Part shown: positions 60,727 to 64,000 of the stretch, piece by piece
Numbering within the stretch: the stretch's first letter is position 1
Layout: each line of letters starts with the position of its first letter
Source: an uncultured bacterium
Lineage (GTDB): Bacteria; Bacteroidota; Bacteroidia; Bacteroidales; Marinilabiliaceae
Reading direction: 5' to 3'
NCBI GenBank assembly: GCA_965371855.1
Contig: CBDUZZ010000005.1
Coordinates: 28,342 to 92,341 of the forward strand
Length of the DNA: 64,000 bases
Made by a program: the position numbers and the translations under genes
Notes under the pieces: model-generated
What the model saw: the letters and a program-made list of their open reading frames with translations, nothing else
Told to the model about the DNA's origin: nothing
Database searches by the model: none

Positions 60727-60757
60727 TAAAAAAGGGACTTTGAAAGTCCCTTTTTTA
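60727..60757. terminator. Bidirectional intrinsic terminator
   Basis: aaaaaagggactt-tga-aagtcccttttttat sits between convergent genes. The stop codon of the OstA-like gene (60755-60757) lies in the T-run. Confidence 0.85.
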
Positions 60758-62368
60758 TTTTTTGTTTTTTGTTGGAGCTACAGTATTTATATCTTCTATC
60801 TGAAATCCCTCATAGATATTTGTTACCTCCTCGTTCTTTGGCAACTCATCCTTAATATAAATATCTGTTTTACTTTTGGGTCTATAATCGTCAAGCCATC
60901 TGAAACCTGCTAACGATGATTCTTCATCGGTAAGAAAGATTGGAGGTTTCAAGGTTCCCTTAGGTGTATTGCGCATTATTATATCTTTAATCTTTCCATG
61001 GTTGAGAAATATTGTCATGTCGCTACTTTCTGCCTTATTGGCTCCTATAACAAACCCGTTATCTCTGGGATAATAAATTGTTTGAGCGCTTCCTTCCACA
61101 TCAATCTTGTAAAGGTTATTATCCTTTATATATCCAACCATGTTCTTGCCCTTTAACTGATTATAAAACAGCGTATCATCAGGAGCTATGATGAAAGCAC
61201 CGTTTTCCAGTTCCGCCTTATATATGGTTTTATTTCTGGTATAAAGCTTTATAACCTGTGCCGTCATCTGATTACCTGTAGCCCATAACACAGGGTCATT
61301 GTAAAAGATATTTATGGAATCCCTGAAATCATACACCATTGAGTCGCATCTTCCCTGAATGTCAGTCCTGAAAAATTTTACATGATGAAAAGCTCTGATA
61401 AGTTTACTCTTTTTATTGGTAATCGTATCTTGAACAGGGTCTAATCTTAGAGTATCAGCGTGTAAGAAAAGAGTGTCACCATGATATATTTGTAAGAGAG
61501 TAGCTTTTTTTATGGCAAAAGCCTTTTTTGTAAGTTCGTTATAATACCCGTAATTACCCCTGATAATTATATTATTAGTAGTATCCACGAGTTCCATATT
61601 ACCATAAACTTCTCCAAAGCCGGTTTTCCTGGCATAATAAATTGTATCCCCTTTCAACAATGTACTCTTCCCTTCCACATAACTGTTCTTTCGAAGATTC
61701 GCTATATCATTAAATGTATCATAATACCCATCTTCCGAATAGATAAGGTTATCTTCACTTACGATAAAGGTAGGCCCAAGGATTCTTGTTACTTTAGAAA
61801 CAGTATTATACATTAAGGTATCAGAAAATATGGTGCATTTATTATTTTCGGCAACGACAGAATCCTTAAAGAAAGCTTCGTTACTATTTGCATAAAAAGA
61901 TCCCAATTTACTGGTAAGAACATTTCCTCCATCAACTATCTTTCCTCCATTAAAATAGTAGGCAATATCATCATTCCGGTCATAGTCAAGATAGTTGGTA
62001 GTTAGTACCATCTCCTTTTTCACCAATCTAACATTGTTCCGAACTCTCACAAGGCCAATATTACCTTCATACTCCAGATAATCTCCATACAGATGAATAG
62101 AGTCATTCTGAATGACATGAATATTATTATAAGCCTCTACTTTGTTTGAATCGTTATAAAAATATGCACTATCACAAAACATCAGTATATTTCCATGAGT
62201 AATTTCTACATTCCCAATTACCAAGCGGACATCGTCGCCCATAGAGTCGTCATGCACCAACTTTGATCCAGTGATCTGAATCTTTTTTTTCTTCTTGGTA
62301 TCATCCTGGCTTAAACCTGGATATGCCGATAAAAAGATAAAGGCAAAAATTATTAATAATATCCTCAT
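60755..62368 (-). CDS. OstA-like (LptD N-terminal-like) periplasmic/outer-membrane protein
   Basis: 537 aa with a signal peptide and repeated beta-jellyroll-like segments (...GNV.I.HGN..M.CDSAYFY...N..V.Q.D...). Sits in a SurA-lipoprotein-OstA gene context. Confidence 0.6.
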   Translation of the reverse strand: MRILLIIFAFIFLSAYPGLSQDDTKKKKKIQITGSKLVHDDSMGDDVRLVIGNVEITHGNILMFCDSAYFYNDSNKVEAYNNIHVIQNDSIHLYGDYLEYEGNIGLVRVRNNVRLVKKEMVLTTNYLDYDRNDDIAYYFNGGKIVDGGNVLTSKLGSFYANSNEAFFKDSVVAENNKCTIFSDTLMYNTVSKVTRILGPTFIVSEDNLIYSEDGYYDTFNDIANLRKNSYVEGKSTLLKGDTIYYARKTGFGEVYGNMELVDTTNNIIIRGNYGYYNELTKKAFAIKKATLLQIYHGDTLFLHADTLRLDPVQDTITNKKSKLIRAFHHVKFFRTDIQGRCDSMVYDFRDSINIFYNDPVLWATGNQMTAQVIKLYTRNKTIYKAELENGAFIIAPDDTLFYNQLKGKNMVGYIKDNNLYKIDVEGSAQTIYYPRDNGFVIGANKAESSDMTIFLNHGKIKDIIMRNTPKGTLKPPIFLTDEESSLAGFRWLDDYRPKSKTDIYIKDELPKNEEVTNIYEGFQIEDINTVAPTKNKK

Positions 62369-62391
62369 ATTCTCATCAAGAAATTTTCAAA

Positions 62392-63390
62392 TTATCTGAG
62401 ATCTTCAGAGATCAACTCTTCACCTGTTTTATCAACAGAATTTAATGAGGTAGTTTGTGCTTTATTAAGAAGTTCATAGATAAGTACCAATGGGAATTTA
62501 TTTGAGTTTATGGTATCTTTCTGAATTATATAGTTAAGTCGTACTCCTGATTCTCTGACTTTTTTATCTCTTTCAGTATATTCAACGATGCATAAATAAT
62601 CTTCAGGAATCATTTTTACAACCCTTTTCCCATCCCGGCAACGAACAAAGAAACCTTTCTCTGTTCCACTCGTTTTATGACTTCTATAATAATTTAGTTC
62701 CGGCACATTTTCTATTTCAAGAAAAAAAGATTGACTTAATTCATTTTCAAAAACCGGATAAATGCCGCCATTGTCATTTACTTTAAAAATGAGCGCGTTA
62801 TTTGTCGACTTTGGATCCAGCCATATATCAGCACTATCAAGATTTGAAGTAGCTCTGTTATTTAAAAAATCAAAACCCCAAACCTCAAGTGGATGATTTT
62901 TCTCCTTAACATCAGGAACAACAACCTTCTTTATTCTTATGTATGGTGTAGTTTCTGAAAGATTATAACCGGAAAGAACAGAAAGAGACAAATCAGTTTT
63001 TTCAGGCTCTTTTATTAAAAACAATGTGTCAACAAATCTTTTTTTTGCAAGCACTTTATCTTTATAATTCAAATACCCGGGACATGATGCTTTTACTTCC
63101 AGCAGATAACCTTTATTAAAAGAGACCGATACGACTCCTCCGACATCACTTTGTACTTTCTGATGCTGCGAAAGTGAATTGTCAATATTATCCTGATATA
63201 TACAATTAATGTCAAAATATGCACCCGACAGTGTTTGTTTTGTATTCGAATCTGCTATTACAGTATTAACAGAAAAATTATACACTTCCCTTGAGCACGA
63301 AAATAAAATAGTGCTCGTTATTACACTCAAAATTAAAGTTGCCCGAAATATGTATTTAAAACAGTTCAATAGGAATATTATTTTATCCAA
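62392..63390 (-). CDS. Hypothetical lipoprotein
   Basis: 332 aa with a lipobox-like ...STILFSCS. I recognise no family. Confidence 0.6.
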   Translation of the reverse strand: MDKIIFLLNCFKYIFRATLILSVITSTILFSCSREVYNFSVNTVIADSNTKQTLSGAYFDINCIYQDNIDNSLSQHQKVQSDVGGVVSVSFNKGYLLEVKASCPGYLNYKDKVLAKKRFVDTLFLIKEPEKTDLSLSVLSGYNLSETTPYIRIKKVVVPDVKEKNHPLEVWGFDFLNNRATSNLDSADIWLDPKSTNNALIFKVNDNGGIYPVFENELSQSFFLEIENVPELNYYRSHKTSGTEKGFFVRCRDGKRVVKMIPEDYLCIVEYTERDKKVRESGVRLNYIIQKDTINSNKFPLVLIYELLNKAQTTSLNSVDKTGEELISEDLR

Positions 63391-64000
63391 CCATTATATT
63401 CAAAGTCACAATTTAACCATTTTTTATCAATTGTTATATATGTTGTCCTCTGTTTTTCTTTAATCCATGTTTTAATTACTTCCTCCCGTTCTTTATCTTC
63501 AAGCATTCCTTTCAGTAATTGATAGTCGCTACGCAGGCTGGCACGGTGAGGAGACGTTTTATTTTTAAGTAAAACAATCCTGAAAGTTTCTTTCCCTTTA
63601 CGGTCATCAATCATTTTAAATGGCTTTGATATATCCCCGATAATAAATCCCTGAATAGCTTTATTCATTTGTGGCGGTATATCGCCTATTTCAAACTTAC
63701 CATTACCGGTATTAGGATTAACCATTATACCTCCATTGGCACGTGTGTCTTTATCCGTGGAAAAGCGTAATGCAGCTTCCTCAAAAGACAATTTGTCATC
63801 AACAATAAAAGTCCTTATAGAATCCAACTTGCCTAACACCTCTGTTCTTGCATTATCAGATATCTTAGGTTTTAACAAAATATGCCTTACATTTATACGA
63901 TCCCCTTTACGGTCTATTAACTGAATTATGTGATATCCATATTCTGTTTCAACAATCTTCGATACCCTGCTTTTATCAGTCAAATTAAAAGCAACAGATG
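63378..64000 (-). CDS. SurA-like peptidyl-prolyl isomerase (parvulin type), C-terminal part; the 5' end lies beyond the window end
   Basis: The frame stays open upstream of the track start (...SVAFNLTDKSRVSKIVETEYGYHIIQL). A second parvulin domain reads INVRHILLKP...GGIMVNP. Confidence 0.8.
   Translation of the reverse strand, partial: SVAFNLTDKSRVSKIVETEYGYHIIQLIDRKGDRINVRHILLKPKISDNARTEVLGKLDSIRTFIVDDKLSFEEAALRFSTDKDTRANGGIMVNPNTGNGKFEIGDIPPQMNKAIQGFIIGDISKPFKMIDDRKGKETFRIVLLKNKTSPHRASLRSDYQLLKGMLEDKEREEVIKTWIKEKQRTTYITIDKKWLNCDFEYNGWIK

Overview
AT-rich chromosomal segment with clear Bacteroidota character: a SusC-like receptor, GH92, Y_Y_Y/propeller sensor kinases, a V-type ATPase operon containing DUF2764, DUF3810/DUF4919 genes, and no Shine-Dalgarno-like leaders. 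All family assignments come from reading the translations by eye, with no database search. Gene content left to right: a partial susC-like gene, a xylB-xylA-xylE operon, a 7-gene V-type ATPase operon, a decayed DUF438 gene, a PLP lyase plus Lrp regulator, two tandem paralogous sensor histidine kinases, GH92, a TonB-dependent receptor, GT2, a CstA remnant, DUF3810, an ECF sigma module, acyl-CoA carboxyltransferase plus BCCP, then housekeeping genes (lptF/G, tgt, rsmG, rpmH, rluD, ddl, pcm, gcvP), a GH13-like gene, outer-membrane proteins, MltF, alkaline phosphatase, a PduO-type adenosyltransferase, and OstA-like plus SurA-like genes. I found no rRNA, tRNA, CRISPR, transposase, integrase, phage or recognisable defence genes. 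The interesting signal is non-coding. (1) Two tandem paralogous units at 28.7-29.2 kb each combine a near-consensus sigma-54 promoter, a conserved 35-nt segment and a covarying intrinsic terminator, which makes them candidate RpoN-dependent small RNAs. (2) A family of short tandem heptamer arrays, resembling cyanobacterial STRRs, fills intercistronic spacers in the xyl and V-ATPase operons and elsewhere. (3) A 156-bp perfect-armed palindromic element sits in frame inside the DUF3810 gene. (4) A bipartite 24-nt motif occurs three times, each time pointing at a downstream carbohydrate or envelope gene. (5) Two genes (DUF438, CstA) are internally deleted. Two real genes missing from the ORF track were recovered by hand: the susC-like gene at the left edge and rpmH.
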